Positions 1 through 9,054 of a stretch of 64,000 nt of DNA are shown here, piece after piece. The stretch covers positions 96,001 to 160,000 of IMG/VR virus record IMGVR_UViG_3300005512_000001; one strand, given 5' to 3'. The stretch comes from a virus. Taxonomy: Duplodnaviria > Caudoviricetes. Under the pieces are notes generated by a model. That model had not been told where the DNA came from. It saw nothing but the letters and a program-made list of their open reading frames with translations, and did no database searches. The translations under genes and the position numbers were made by a program. The first letter of the stretch is position 1. Every line of letters begins with the position of its first letter.

Positions 1-13
1 TGCTCTTGAGTTT

Positions 14-862
14 GTGTTGGCCTACACTGACTTCGATGTCTCTACTCTTCAAGAAATCAAAGTAATACGGGACCAGTTCTATTTTATTTGTGATGGCTAT
101 GAAATTAGTGTGAAACCTAGCCTAGTGTTCGGTCACAAACACCGCCTACGCCCTGTGTACACTAAATATAATGTAGCTTGGGTTTCAGACATCATTGAAA
201 AAGATAGAACTATCAAATTGCGTATAGCCTATGCCTATGTGGAATTCGACAATGGTAAAAACAAACTGATTATCACACAAAGACACGTCAGAGTCCGGGT
301 GCAGAACTACTATGCTTATTTATCTGTTAAAAATAAAGATGGTAAATGGGAGGAATTGAGATGTATATCAGTTTATAATCATACAAACAGGATAGATATG
401 GCAGTATATGAGCTATTAGCACAGGGTCTCTCTATACCTGCTCCCCCTACTAAAGAAGAACTTCTTAAACTAGGGCTTCCTGAACCCCACAAATTTGATA
501 ATACTGGAAGAATAACAACTGAAACTAGTGGATGGTATCGCCTGAAACGCGGAATTATTTCAACTGTTTTTGTTGAGGCTATTGTCTGTATAAATCAAGA
601 TAGAACTTTGAGAGACGCAGTTGGGCCTTCTGAGTCTGAAGCCTGGTTCCAGTTAAGCTGCTATTCTAACGTTAGGCACACCAAATTCACTGTCTTGTCT
701 AATGGAGAATCTTTCTATATCGCCACTAAAGTTGGGAAGAATTTGAAAGTAGTTGAGTCCACAAAAATTAATAGCTACCTTGACGCCAAACTCACTGATA
801 TGGACCAGACTATGATTAAAGAAATTATGGCCTGCCACGTGGAGAAACTAGAGCTAGAATGA
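14..862 (+). CDS. hypothetical protein (probably starts upstream of the window)
   Basis: 282-codon ORF, AT-rich; ATGA overlap with the next ORF. Confidence 0.6.
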   Translation: MLAYTDFDVSTLQEIKVIRDQFYFICDGYEISVKPSLVFGHKHRLRPVYTKYNVAWVSDIIEKDRTIKLRIAYAYVEFDNGKNKLIITQRHVRVRVQNYYAYLSVKNKDGKWEELRCISVYNHTNRIDMAVYELLAQGLSIPAPPTKEELLKLGLPEPHKFDNTGRITTETSGWYRLKRGIISTVFVEAIVCINQDRTLRDAVGPSESEAWFQLSCYSNVRHTKFTVLSNGESFYIATKVGKNLKVVESTKINSYLDAKLTDMDQTMIKEIMACHVEKLELE

Positions 863-981
863 TAATTGTAGCTGCAGACATCAATAGATTAGAAGAACCT
901 GGGTACTCAGATTTCGTTATGGCGAAGCACTACGAGGGCCAAATCTCCGAACTCAAGTCCCAAATACGGGCGTACAGTTAG
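859..981 (+). CDS. short ORF whose N-terminus resembles ORF 3916-4326; possibly a truncated chimera
   Basis: MIIVAADINRLEEPGYSDFV vs MIIATKNPDNLAIPGFTDFV; sequence becomes GC-richer at about 920. Confidence 0.4.
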   Translation: MIIVAADINRLEEPGYSDFVMAKHYEGQISELKSQIRAYS

Positions 982-991
982 GGAGTCGACC

Positions 992-1330
992 ATGTTGCGA
1001 CCCAACCAGCTCCATCTCATCTGGAAGATGCTTTCCACCGCCCATGACCTCAACATCAAGTGGAACGAACTTTCCATAGCCCACCTGCGTCATCTGGTAA
1101 GTCACGATATAACCGGTGTCGAAGCCGAAGCCATGACCCTACACGCCAAGATAGATGCCATCCAAGTGTTTGATGACGTCTATGACGATGAGGGGATATC
1201 GTGGTCAGGCCGCGAAGTCAGGAGTCTCATCTCGGACCTTATTAATCTCCAGAGGGATGGGTGGGAAGTCTACACGTGGTCCGGCCCAAACGATGAATCG
1301 CTGATCATCGCCGTACAAATGAGGAGCTAG
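992..1330 (+). CDS. hypothetical protein
   Basis: GGGAG RBS, ATG, 112 aa. Confidence 0.6.
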   Translation: MLRPNQLHLIWKMLSTAHDLNIKWNELSIAHLRHLVSHDITGVEAEAMTLHAKIDAIQVFDDVYDDEGISWSGREVRSLISDLINLQRDGWEVYTWSGPNDESLIIAVQMRS

Positions 1331-1334
1331 CCAA

Positions 1335-1619
1335 ATGCAAACTATCATGGAACTTCGCCATTGGATTCGCAGCTGGGGAAAGATTGACCTGGAGTGGGGG
1401 CAAAATCAGATGTGGTACTCGTATGAGTACCCCAATGCCCCGACATGGCGGGTGAAGGTGATGGTTTACACCGATATCATCCGCTGCCAACTCAAGGGTT
1501 TGGTCTGCATCTTTCTGCAACACAAGTGGGTGGATGACAGCTACGGCGGTCCGGAGTCCGGGTACGAATCCATCGAGTGTATGCGGTGTGGCGAAAGCCA
1601 TTTCCAGAGAATGTACTAG
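1335..1619 (+). CDS. hypothetical protein with small H/CxxC zinc-ribbon motif
   Basis: GAGGAG RBS; CIFLQHKW...CMRCG. Confidence 0.6.
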   Translation: MQTIMELRHWIRSWGKIDLEWGQNQMWYSYEYPNAPTWRVKVMVYTDIIRCQLKGLVCIFLQHKWVDDSYGGPESGYESIECMRCGESHFQRMY

Positions 1620-1632
1620 AGGAAGAATCAGC

Positions 1633-1929
1633 ATGGACATGAAATATATCGTTGTTGAAGCTTACCCCTGCCAATTCGCTGTGATTATCTTCTCGGATAA
1701 TCTAGAGCATTCCGCGATGGTCCCTAATGATATCAGCCCTAAGAGGATTAGGTCTGCTGGCTTCTGTCGCATTTCATGCCGTATTTCCCCGTCTATCAGC
1801 ACAAAGGCATATATGCCCACACCAGAAATAAGTTGCTATACTTGGGGGCGATCCCAATCTCTGAATGTTGATTCCAACGAAGACGATGCTGACTTAATCT
1901 TAAAAGAGCTTAATAGGTGGAGCAGATGA
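1633..1929 (+). CDS. conserved-looking phage hypothetical protein
   Basis: GAGG RBS; pattern MKYIVV..IIFS..H..SAGFC..G.SQSL. Confidence 0.55.
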   Translation: MDMKYIVVEAYPCQFAVIIFSDNLEHSAMVPNDISPKRIRSAGFCRISCRISPSISTKAYMPTPEISCYTWGRSQSLNVDSNEDDADLILKELNRWSR

Positions 1930-2055
1930 AATACACAATCAACCTTCATAAACCCGCGATGGGCGGTTGGTAACAGGCGATTCCTAACAGAGAGAATTCA
2001 ATGTGCTCTAACCTCGCCCAATTGAATCTAGAAGCTGCTGGATTCATTAAAGATT

Positions 2056-2445
2056 CTATTCTACTCTACGCGAGGATTTCCTCACGTGGACGACGGCAGA
2101 ATTCCCTAGTAGCTCTTCCATCTGGTCAGAGAATGACAGCACGAATTCTCCGACTTTGCTACCCTCATCTTGGTTGTTTGGTGGGAATGCAGAGGAACAT
2201 TTCCCGGCTTTGGCACGCCCCAGAGCGATCTGCCTACCTAGCTTCTTATTGAAATGGTCCTTCTTATGGCAAGCAGACCATCCAATATCTATGAAATTGT
2301 CCTCATCCACAATCGCTACGGCACAAGCGATAGGTGCCCAAGTATTAACGTCTCTCAGGTACCGGGTGAAGATTCGCGGCTTGGGGTCTTCATCTGAAGA
2401 CTTCTCCACATCCACACTCACGACCTTCGACATTACTTTTTCCAT
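2056..2445 (-). CDS. phage hypothetical protein
   Basis: AAGGA RBS; G.S.C...D.F.K..GR.IA..RA pattern seen in small phage proteins. Confidence 0.6.
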   Translation of the reverse strand: MEKVMSKVVSVDVEKSSDEDPKPRIFTRYLRDVNTWAPIACAVAIVDEDNFIDIGWSACHKKDHFNKKLGRQIALGRAKAGKCSSAFPPNNQDEGSKVGEFVLSFSDQMEELLGNSAVVHVRKSSRRVE

Positions 2446-2456
2446 CTCTGCTTCCT

Positions 2457-2591
2457 TTCAAAGTTCCAAGACTCTAACGTTAGGCTCAGGTTTATTGTGT
2501 GTTTTTGGTTTGCGATAGACAATTCTATGCTTCCTATCGCAATATTTTATAGCCACATTTCAGGCACCATTCCCCATTCCCCATTCCCCAT
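2457..2591 (-). pseudogene. frameshifted paralog of ORF 2592-2852
   Basis: MGNGEWCLKCG in one frame and AIKYCDRKHRIVYRKPKTHNKPEPNVRVLEL* in another; neighbour has EWCQKCG...RVLEL. Confidence 0.45.
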
Positions 2592-2852
2592 TTATGCTTG
2601 CATCTCTAGCTCTAACACCCTCGCATTGGAAGGTATTTTCTTTTTGGGTTTCCTCTTAACCTTTTTCTTTTTCAATCTTCGATATTGGGTGTCATAATAC
2701 CCACCCATCCAGTACTCACCCCTCCTGGTTCTCAAAGTACCGCATTTCTGGCACCATTCAACTGTCCGCCTAATGTGGAATCCCTCATCCAGTCGGGAAT
2801 CGCTCCCCCCACCTATCACAGTTATAAATGACCAAGTATGCCTACATCTCAT
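2592..2852 (-). CDS. small basic Zn-finger protein
   Basis: CRH...CQKC, Lys-rich tail, RVLEL near the C-terminus. Confidence 0.6.
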   Translation of the reverse strand: MRCRHTWSFITVIGGGSDSRLDEGFHIRRTVEWCQKCGTLRTRRGEYWMGGYYDTQYRRLKKKKVKRKPKKKIPSNARVLELEMQA

Positions 2853-3088
2853 AATTCTAATACCCGAGGTTTTGGCTTTTTAATCTTGATTTTTAGTTTG
2901 GGTTTACGTTTGGGCTTACGTTTGGGCTTACGTTTGGGCTTACGTTTGGGCTTACGTTTGGGCTTACGTTTGGGCTTTACAGGTTTTACCTTGTAGTACC
3001 GATAATAGTAATGGTCGTAGGCAGGGGTATGTGGTCTACATAACTCTCGTATAGCCCCCACAGTTCTTACACCAATCCCATGCATCAC
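2849..3088 (-). CDS. small basic protein with (KRKP)n repeat
   Basis: ORF overlaps the next by 4 nt and ends RVLEL. Confidence 0.5.
   Translation of the reverse strand: MMHGIGVRTVGAIRELCRPHTPAYDHYYYRYYKVKPVKPKRKPKRKPKRKPKRKPKRKPKRKPKLKIKIKKPKPRVLEL
2897..2977. repeat. 12-bp tandem repeat TTTGGGCTTACG, about 6.7 copies (coding KRKP)
   Basis: seen directly. Confidence 0.95.
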
Positions 3089-3228
3089 CTATATGGTCCC
3101 ACTCGTGAGAGCATCTTTTTGTCTTTTTCTTTATTGCCATTTATGTTCAATCCGTAGAAGCCCAATAGCCAACCGAACTTCTTTAATGTGATGTTGATGC
3201 GGGCAGGACAACTGTGGGATTGGGGCAG

Positions 3229-3546
3229 TTATAATATTTTGAATCTGTCACAATACGATTGCCACCAATAATTGTTGACATTATCATTTTTAATTGTCAA
3301 TTCTACATCGGGCGGGCATCTTTGTCCTGTTATCATTGCATGGTGTCTGGCCCAAATTGGCGATTTATAAAGTATAGGTTTCAAAAGGTCCATGTTGTTC
3401 TGAAACATCCCGCTTTCCACATAAGCAAGTTCAGCTAGAGACATTGCCGTAACGTCATCTTTCCCATCGTCAATGATAACGTCACTGCTATATATCGGCG
3501 TGGTACTTCGTTGTATAATAGTGACGTTAGAACAAGTTAGCAACAA
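3229..3546 (-). CDS. hypothetical protein
   Basis: 105-aa ORF, start uncertain. Confidence 0.4.
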   Translation of the reverse strand: MLLTCSNVTIIQRSTTPIYSSDVIIDDGKDDVTAMSLAELAYVESGMFQNNMDLLKPILYKSPIWARHHAMITGQRCPPDVELTIKNDNVNNYWWQSYCDRFKIL

Positions 3547-3736
3547 TTACATGTTTTATGTCGGGGGACTTTTGCGTAAATAATTGGATTTAATATATTT
3601 TAGAATATATATTTATCCCGCCCTCGCTCTAGCGAAAATACTTTTTCTCGCGTGAGAAGTATCATTTGGAACATTCTGAATTGCTCTCGTAACGCTCCTG
3701 AGGCACTATTCAAAAATCCACAAGCTAGGCCCTAGT

Positions 3737-3885
3737 GGGCAGATTTAGAGATTATAACGTTATAAACTGAATTATTTCAGCAGCAACCATCCGAGGGCAG
3801 ATTTAGAGATTATAACGTTATAAACTGAATTATCTATGGTGCGAAAACCCGAAAACACCCGCTTATTATTTCTATAACGTTATAA
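3737..3885. repeat. two identical 39-bp direct repeats (3737-3775, 3795-3833) containing palindrome TTATAACGTTATAA; third core TATAACGTTATA at 3873-3884
   Basis: seen directly in an AT-rich intergenic region. Confidence 0.9.
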
Positions 3886-3915
3886 TTAATCTTCTATTTT
3901 GCTAGCAGAGAGATA

Positions 3916-4326
3916 ATGATTATTGCAACTAAAAACCCTGACAATCTTGCTATTCCCGGTTTTACAGATTTTGTGCTTTATGACAACGGGACAGAAGAAA
4001 TAACTGTTATTGGGATTAAGGAAATCTTCTGTTTTTGCATGGAGAGCAGAGTCAGAATTCCTAAAATGGAGGGAATTTTGGCGCAAAGTGCCCGGTATTC
4101 GTATCTTTATGCGTTAATATTTGGGAGATTTGGAATTGGGGAGGTTGCGATTCTAAAATCTCCCAAATATTCATATCGATATGCAGTTAACGTTATAAAA
4201 GGCAGATGGATAGAGGGAGAAGATACGATTTACCGAGACCCAGAATGCGGGTTGGCCTATCATAGATGGGTGAAGGATAGGTATCCATCTATTTCTCTCG
4301 AAGACTATCGTTTTATTAAGAAATGA
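3916..4326 (+). CDS. phage hypothetical protein with SY.YA..VIKGRW.EGE repeat
   Basis: two imperfect copies of a repeat familiar from jumbo phage proteins. Confidence 0.65.
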   Translation: MIIATKNPDNLAIPGFTDFVLYDNGTEEITVIGIKEIFCFCMESRVRIPKMEGILAQSARYSYLYALIFGRFGIGEVAILKSPKYSYRYAVNVIKGRWIEGEDTIYRDPECGLAYHRWVKDRYPSISLEDYRFIKK

Positions 4327-4580
4327 TATGGGAATTGGGTATTTTTCTGGGAGTGCGCGAGCTCTCCCGCCGAGCATAACTCCTAATTGGGGGGCTAATT
4401 AGGGTGCAAGCCAACCTCAGACTATAGATTTAACTAGAAAGGTATACCACGGCTTGGGAGGGAAATAGGTATTTGGAAATTGACATATACGGTGATTAGA
4501 CTGGGAAGTTATTGACTCATATCCTACTGGGGAGGGAGTGACATGCACCCTGCTTAGCAAAAATAACTCAGGAGTTAAAA

Positions 4581-4808
4581 ATGGATATAAACGAAATTTT
4601 GAATTGGGTAAGGCAGAGATTGAGAGATGAGCCAGAAATGCACAGCCATGATGAGAGAATGATTTCTCTCGGGAGGCAGGAAGCATTCAATGAAGTTTAT
4701 AGTTATTTGGGCAAGATTTCCGATTCTCTAGTGCCAAGTCCTGAAGAGCAGGTAGATGATGACTGGGTAAGTATCGACGACGTTGGCCAAATCGCCGACC
4801 AGATGTAA
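4581..4808 (+). CDS. acidic hypothetical protein
   Basis: AGGAG RBS; converges on the hairpin at 4816. Confidence 0.65.
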   Translation: MDINEILNWVRQRLRDEPEMHSHDERMISLGRQEAFNEVYSYLGKISDSLVPSPEEQVDDDWVSIDDVGQIADQM

Positions 4809-4815
4809 ATACAGC

Positions 4816-4849
4816 GAGAGGGGACTCCTAATTAAAGGAGTCCCCTCTC
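4816..4849. terminator. GC hairpin between convergent genes, probable bidirectional terminator
   Basis: GAGAGGGGACTCCT-loop-AGGAGTCCCCTCTC. Confidence 0.75.
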
Positions 4850-4874
4850 TTCCTACCGGGGGGTCAGGCCGTCG

Positions 4875-5228
4875 TCAGGCCGTCGCCAGTTCCTCGGCAT
4901 CCCGGACTTCCTCACCGTCCGCGTCGATGAGCTGGAGGCATTCCCAGTCATCCACGTGGCCTTCGGCGTACCCGGCCTTGGTCCAGGACTTCCACTTGGG
5001 GGAGTCGGGGGCCGGGAGCGGGTGCGTCATGCACTCGGCGTCGAAGTTCCGGCCCAGATTCCCACCGTACACGTTGGCCGACGTGAAGGTGTTTTCCTGG
5101 TCATTGACGATCAAGAGGGTGTTTGCCGGGGTTCCGAAATCGTGATCCATCGGCTTCACGAAGACCCGAGTTGCCTGAATGGGCTTCCCACCCAGACCGT
5201 ACAGCTTGCGAAGTTGCTTACTCGTCAT
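4875..5228 (-). CDS. early protein, paralog A
   Basis: GGGAG RBS; shares MDHDFGT, QENTFTSANVYG and DAECMTHPLPAPDS.KWK.WTK.GY with 9820-10263. Confidence 0.8.
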   Translation of the reverse strand: MTSKQLRKLYGLGGKPIQATRVFVKPMDHDFGTPANTLLIVNDQENTFTSANVYGGNLGRNFDAECMTHPLPAPDSPKWKSWTKAGYAEGHVDDWECLQLIDADGEEVRDAEELATA

Positions 5229-5778
5229 GTCAAATACTCCCATAATGGAGGAATCGTCGCGGGCAAGCCTCTCTCGCCCGACACTTTCCGTGTCGCGGCG
5301 TGCGTTGCCGGTCAACTGGGTATTTGGAAATGGGAATTTCCCGTCTGGAAATTCCAAATTGACATGCACGCTACTTAGGGTAGATGAGAATTTCCTGTAC
5401 CCTGCTTAGCCGGAGAATCCTAGTTGCCTCCGCCGCCCCGACGCGACACAAAAAGCGGCGACGGAACACGATGGGACGCTGGGCTTGCACCCCTGACGCC
5501 CCGACCAAGCACCCCCACCAATAGATTATGGCAAGATGGTCGTTGGTGGGTCGGATTAAGCAGGTGTGAGGTTAGCAATCTCGGGTTGGGTTTGACCAAT
5601 AGCCTGCGGAGCGGGCGGGGCTCCTAAGGGACAATTCGAATTGCTCAATTTAAATTCTTTTTTCGTACAGGATAAAGGAATATAGTATGAAAGAAAGAAT
5701 ACCGCCCTAGGGCGTGGTCAGAGAGTAGGCCGAAGAGCCAATATTATGGAGTACCGAGTGTAAAGCAGTGTGAAGTAT

Positions 5779-5808
5779 AGAGGGCCGGGTGATATCACCC
5801 GGCCCTCT
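5779..5808. terminator. 30-bp perfect palindrome/hairpin
   Basis: AGAGGGCCGGGTGATATCACCCGGCCCTCT; related hairpin at 8489-8515. Confidence 0.6.
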
Positions 5809-6173
5809 TAGATTATCCAAGCAGGGCGTAAGTCAATACATCTCCCTATGGATTAGAGTGCGAGATATTTATTGACTTACACCCTGCTTGGTGGGCAGTC
5901 AGGGAAATTTACATCTACGCTGATTAGGTGGGATTTTCTCGTACCCTACTTGGATAAGGGGTCTAGGACGCAAATGGAGAACTCCGGTCCTATGCTCATT
6001 CATTCAAGAATAAAAACAGCAAGGAAAAAGAGGGAAAGCCATCAAGCTCCTTCATTACAGGCTGTACTAAGCACATAACTCTTTTTCACCAAAGCCCTAC
6101 TAACGGGGCTTTCGGGAATATAAACCCTTCTTTGCTGTTTTATTCTAGACAATCAGTGGCCTATTACTAGCTC

Positions 6174-6476
6174 TTAGCTAGTCATATAGCTGTTTTTTTG
6201 GCAGCGATTGCAAATCCCATTGCACTGCTCCCCAACGGTCTGCAGCAGATCGCCGCAATCTATGCAGACCACAACTGGAGCATCCTCGAATTTGGGCTTC
6301 TCGACGTGAGGTGAGTAGATCGAGATGGAGGCCGGATCGCCCATGCAGACTTCTTGGACAATCTCTAGCTCCATGGCTGCTTGGTCCTCGGCAGTGATTC
6401 CGGCAACCATTTCTCCATTCTCATCGAACCAGACTTCAACACCGTTTGCAAATTTCAACTTGATGTAACGCATCAA
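6174..6476 (-). CDS. hypothetical protein with C-terminal CxxC..CxxC
   Basis: CIDC...CNRC; GAGG RBS. Confidence 0.65.
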   Translation of the reverse strand: MMRYIKLKFANGVEVWFDENGEMVAGITAEDQAAMELEIVQEVCMGDPASISIYSPHVEKPKFEDAPVVVCIDCGDLLQTVGEQCNGICNRCQKNSYMTS

Positions 6477-6691
6477 AGCACCTCGGTCTCGATTTTCACG
6501 AGGTGGCCGCCATTTTGCCAGAACTCGGTGAGTTCATTGACCTTGCGACAGCCGCCTGGGTCTTGTGTGTCATACATCTGCGAGAGTCGGGCTTTCCGTT
6601 TTGCCAGCCATTCATCCAACTCCTCGGCTCGTATGGCCGCGATGATGGAGTCGGCATCTCCCTCGATGTGCCGGATAATGATGATTTTCAT
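6473..6691 (-). CDS. hypothetical early protein
   Basis: GGAG RBS just downstream of the 6737-6765 promoter motif. Confidence 0.65.
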   Translation of the reverse strand: MKIIIIRHIEGDADSIIAAIRAEELDEWLAKRKARLSQMYDTQDPGGCRKVNELTEFWQNGGHLVKIETEVL

Positions 6692-6789
6692 GTGTTTCTC
6701 CAGAGGTTGGGGCTTATCCGTGTTCCGTCGCCGCTTTTTGTGTCGCGTCGGGGCGGCGGAGGCAACTAGGGTACATTCTCATCTGATTC

Positions 6790-7095
6790 CTACTGTGACT
6801 GGACCAGTTCCGGGTCATGGAGTGCCATTGCCGAATCGATGCTCTCGGCTTGGCATACCCACACATCGCCATTGTCCCGGAATTGCAGGATGTTGAGGTA
6901 TGCGGGGGCCATCGCCGGAGTTACCACTTTGGCGAGGGTCAATGACCCACCGGGGATGTTGCCACCCTTGTACCGAAGTTCCTTGGTAGTGACGGCCAAT
7001 TTCCAGCCGTCCAGATAGTCAGGCCCGTATTGTGGGTACTGCTCGTGGGCCTTGTTGAATTGGTCCACTAGCATTTGCTTGATTGTTGAGTTCAT
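6790..7095 (-). CDS. hypothetical early protein
   Basis: GAGGAG RBS; 4-nt overlap with the upstream gene. Confidence 0.65.
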   Translation of the reverse strand: MNSTIKQMLVDQFNKAHEQYPQYGPDYLDGWKLAVTTKELRYKGGNIPGGSLTLAKVVTPAMAPAYLNILQFRDNGDVWVCQAESIDSAMALHDPELVQSQ

Positions 7096-7370
7096 TGCCC
7101 TAGGTTCTCCTCGACGTCCATGTAGTAGACCCAACCCGCAAAGTCCTCGCCTTCGACTACCTCTGCGACCTCGATGCAGGCATAGGTGCCATACCCTTCA
7201 ATCTCCCCAGCGATGATGATTGGAGATTCCACGGCTATATCCGGATCACACCCGTAACGACCGGCCTTCAACCTCAGCCGGTCGCCTTCTTTGATTGCCG
7301 CATTGTGGGGTCGCGAGGGGTTATGTTCCTCTCGCCACTGTTCCAAAAAATCCGGTTGGTTCCAGTTCAT
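7092..7370 (-). CDS. hypothetical early protein
   Basis: GAGGA RBS; tightly packed operon. Confidence 0.65.
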   Translation of the reverse strand: MNWNQPDFLEQWREEHNPSRPHNAAIKEGDRLRLKAGRYGCDPDIAVESPIIIAGEIEGYGTYACIEVAEVVEGEDFAGWVYYMDVEENLGQ

Positions 7371-7373
7371 TGG

Positions 7374-7643
7374 TCAGTCCTCGCAGGTGCTCACCACTTT
7401 GTGGACCCGGAAGTTCGGGGTGGCCAGAATGTCTTCCATCAGCATGTTGACCATCCGCATGACTCCCCGCCCGTACTTAACCCCGACTGCCGGGTGGAAA
7501 TGGCAGGTCTCGGCAACGACCTCAACGTGCCCAATCCGCCTGTTGTTGTCATGCCCATCCCCGAGGTACACGTTGTGGACTTTGTCGCGGTGGTGAACGT
7601 CACTTGGACGTCGCACAGCGATAACTTCGACTTGGCTTTTCAT
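7374..7643 (-). CDS. hypothetical early protein
   Basis: GGGAG RBS. Confidence 0.65.
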   Translation of the reverse strand: MKSQVEVIAVRRPSDVHHRDKVHNVYLGDGHDNNRRIGHVEVVAETCHFHPAVGVKYGRGVMRMVNMLMEDILATPNFRVHKVVSTCED

Positions 7644-7714
7644 CGACTTGCTCCCAAAGAAGTGTTGTTCTCGCCCATCTCCTGGTGTCGCAGAGGTGCT
7701 CGCACGTCAACTGC

Positions 7715-7900
7715 CTACTTGTACGTGCAGAACTTCCCACTTTGGAGTGCCATATCTTGGCCGGGTCGGTCCAGTTCGGCGATGTGGAATCCCTCATTCA
7801 ATCTGGAATCGAAACTGCGAGGGAGTTTCAGGTATTTGGCAGTGCAGAACGGGCAAAATTCCTCGTCGTGGTCGCGTCCGCATACTTCGCAGGTCTCCAT
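7715..7900 (-). CDS. small zinc-finger protein
   Basis: CEVC...CPFC; GGGAG RBS after a promoter motif. Confidence 0.6.
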   Translation of the reverse strand: METCEVCGRDHDEEFCPFCTAKYLKLPRSFDSRLNEGFHIAELDRPGQDMALQSGKFCTYK

Positions 7901-7978
7901 CCTTGAATCTCCCAATAGTCGCCAAAGAAATGCTTCTCGCCACCTTTTGGTGTGACGCGCCGCCGCAGCGGACAACTC

Positions 7979-8341
7979 CTAAGTTGGCTTCGGTAGGGCA
8001 GCCATCCATTTACTGCCCTGCGGGGACCAATAAATACCAGTCCCGTTCGCTCCGCAGCCGATATGAAGATAAATCATATCTTCATACTCCCCGCCGAGGA
8101 TGAAACTCCCGAGTTTCTCGCCATCCGGCATATTGGGCCGACGGTGGGATCGGAATCCCAAACATTCCAACTCGAATTTCGTCAGTTCGGCCATCTTTCC
8201 ATCGAGCATCCGGAACATTCGCACGATCGGCCCGTCGATGGGGATGATGGGTTTGACGCCGAGAAGATTGAAAGTCTCGGCAAGATGGCGTCTCCAGTCG
8301 TCAGCAACATACATCCCCGGCAGTTCTTTGGTCTTCGACAT
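7979..8341 (-). CDS. hypothetical early protein
   Basis: GGGAG RBS downstream of the 8393-8421 promoter motif. Confidence 0.65.
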   Translation of the reverse strand: MSKTKELPGMYVADDWRRHLAETFNLLGVKPIIPIDGPIVRMFRMLDGKMAELTKFELECLGFRSHRRPNMPDGEKLGSFILGGEYEDMIYLHIGCGANGTGIYWSPQGSKWMAALPKPT

Positions 8342-8487
8342 TTCGAGTCTCCCAACTGGAAATAGAGAAAGGGCACAACCGCCCGCCAAAAAATGGTGTT
8401 GCGCTGGCAGGCCGAGGTCAACTGGGTATTTGGAAATTGACATCTACGGTGATTAGGTGGTTTTCTCGTGCCCTACTTGGATAGACC

Positions 8488-8712
8488 GGAGGGCCGGGTG
8501 GTATTCCCGGCCCTCCTCGCAATTGCACTGTATCACCAACGGATGGAGCTATTCCTGGACTCTTGGATTCTCCGCTGTTGTTGGCCTAACCTTGCCGAAT
8601 GAGTCCTGCCGGTGCAAGATTAAGGGTTGGCCAGACTAATCCCAGTGCCTCCGGCTAATTCTAGGCAGGTCCTAACCGTAGCCGTATGGCTCGGTGGCCT
8701 GCCGCCGTCGCT
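8488..8712 (-). ncRNA. candidate small RNA (~225 nt)
   Basis: promoter motif at 8717-8745, terminal GC hairpin at 8489-8515, no ORF of 60 aa or more on this strand, several internal stems. Confidence 0.4.
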
Positions 8713-8753
8713 AGTTGTTGTGTCGCGCCCGCCTGTCGAGGGCAACTACCCAA

Positions 8754-8939
8754 TCAGTTGCCCCTCAGATTATTCAGGGCGTCGATGTTGGCCTTGGTGG
8801 CCTTGATTTCGGGTTTCAGCGTCGGCCACACTTTCCCAATAATCTGTTTGGCCAACTGCCCCATGATTACCAGCCCGGTAATCCAAACTGCTGAATTACC
8901 AAGGACCTTGGCGAGTTCGATAAGTTCGGTATCCATCAC
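8754..8939 (-). CDS. small membrane protein
   Basis: AGGAG RBS with GTG start; one hydrophobic helix. Confidence 0.6.
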   Translation of the reverse strand: MMDTELIELAKVLGNSAVWITGLVIMGQLAKQIIGKVWPTLKPEIKATKANIDALNNLRGN

Positions 8940-8976
8940 TTGCTCCTAGAAAGGTCTGTTCCTCGTCGCCTTATAG

Positions 8977-9054
8977 TGGCGCAGAGCTGCGGCCACGCCA
9001 ATTACCCATTTCCCTCTGGCGCAGAGCTGCGGCCACGCCAATTACCCATTTCCC
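8977..9054. repeat. 38-bp tandem duplication (8977-9014 / 9017-9054) of a promoter -35/spacer segment
   Basis: seen directly. Confidence 0.9.

Larger units (their letters stand above)
5419..6770. repeat. perfect 52-bp inverted repeat (5419-5470 / 6719-6770), each arm carrying the promoter motif
   Basis: CCTAGTTGCCTCCGCCGCCCCGACGCGACACAAAAAGCGGCGACGGAACACG and its reverse complement. Confidence 0.92.

Noticed and set aside
3737-3833. Mini-CRISPR (39-bp repeat x2)
   Set aside because: Only two copies with a 19-nt gap; the palindromic core recurs alone, which fits an operator better.
4480-4510. Sigma70 promoters from the TTGACA copies
   Set aside because: No -10 hexamer at 16-18 nt; treated as part of the 20-bp repeat family.
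5473-5505. tRNA-like GGGACG...CCCGACCA
   Set aside because: Too short and lacks a canonical T-loop.
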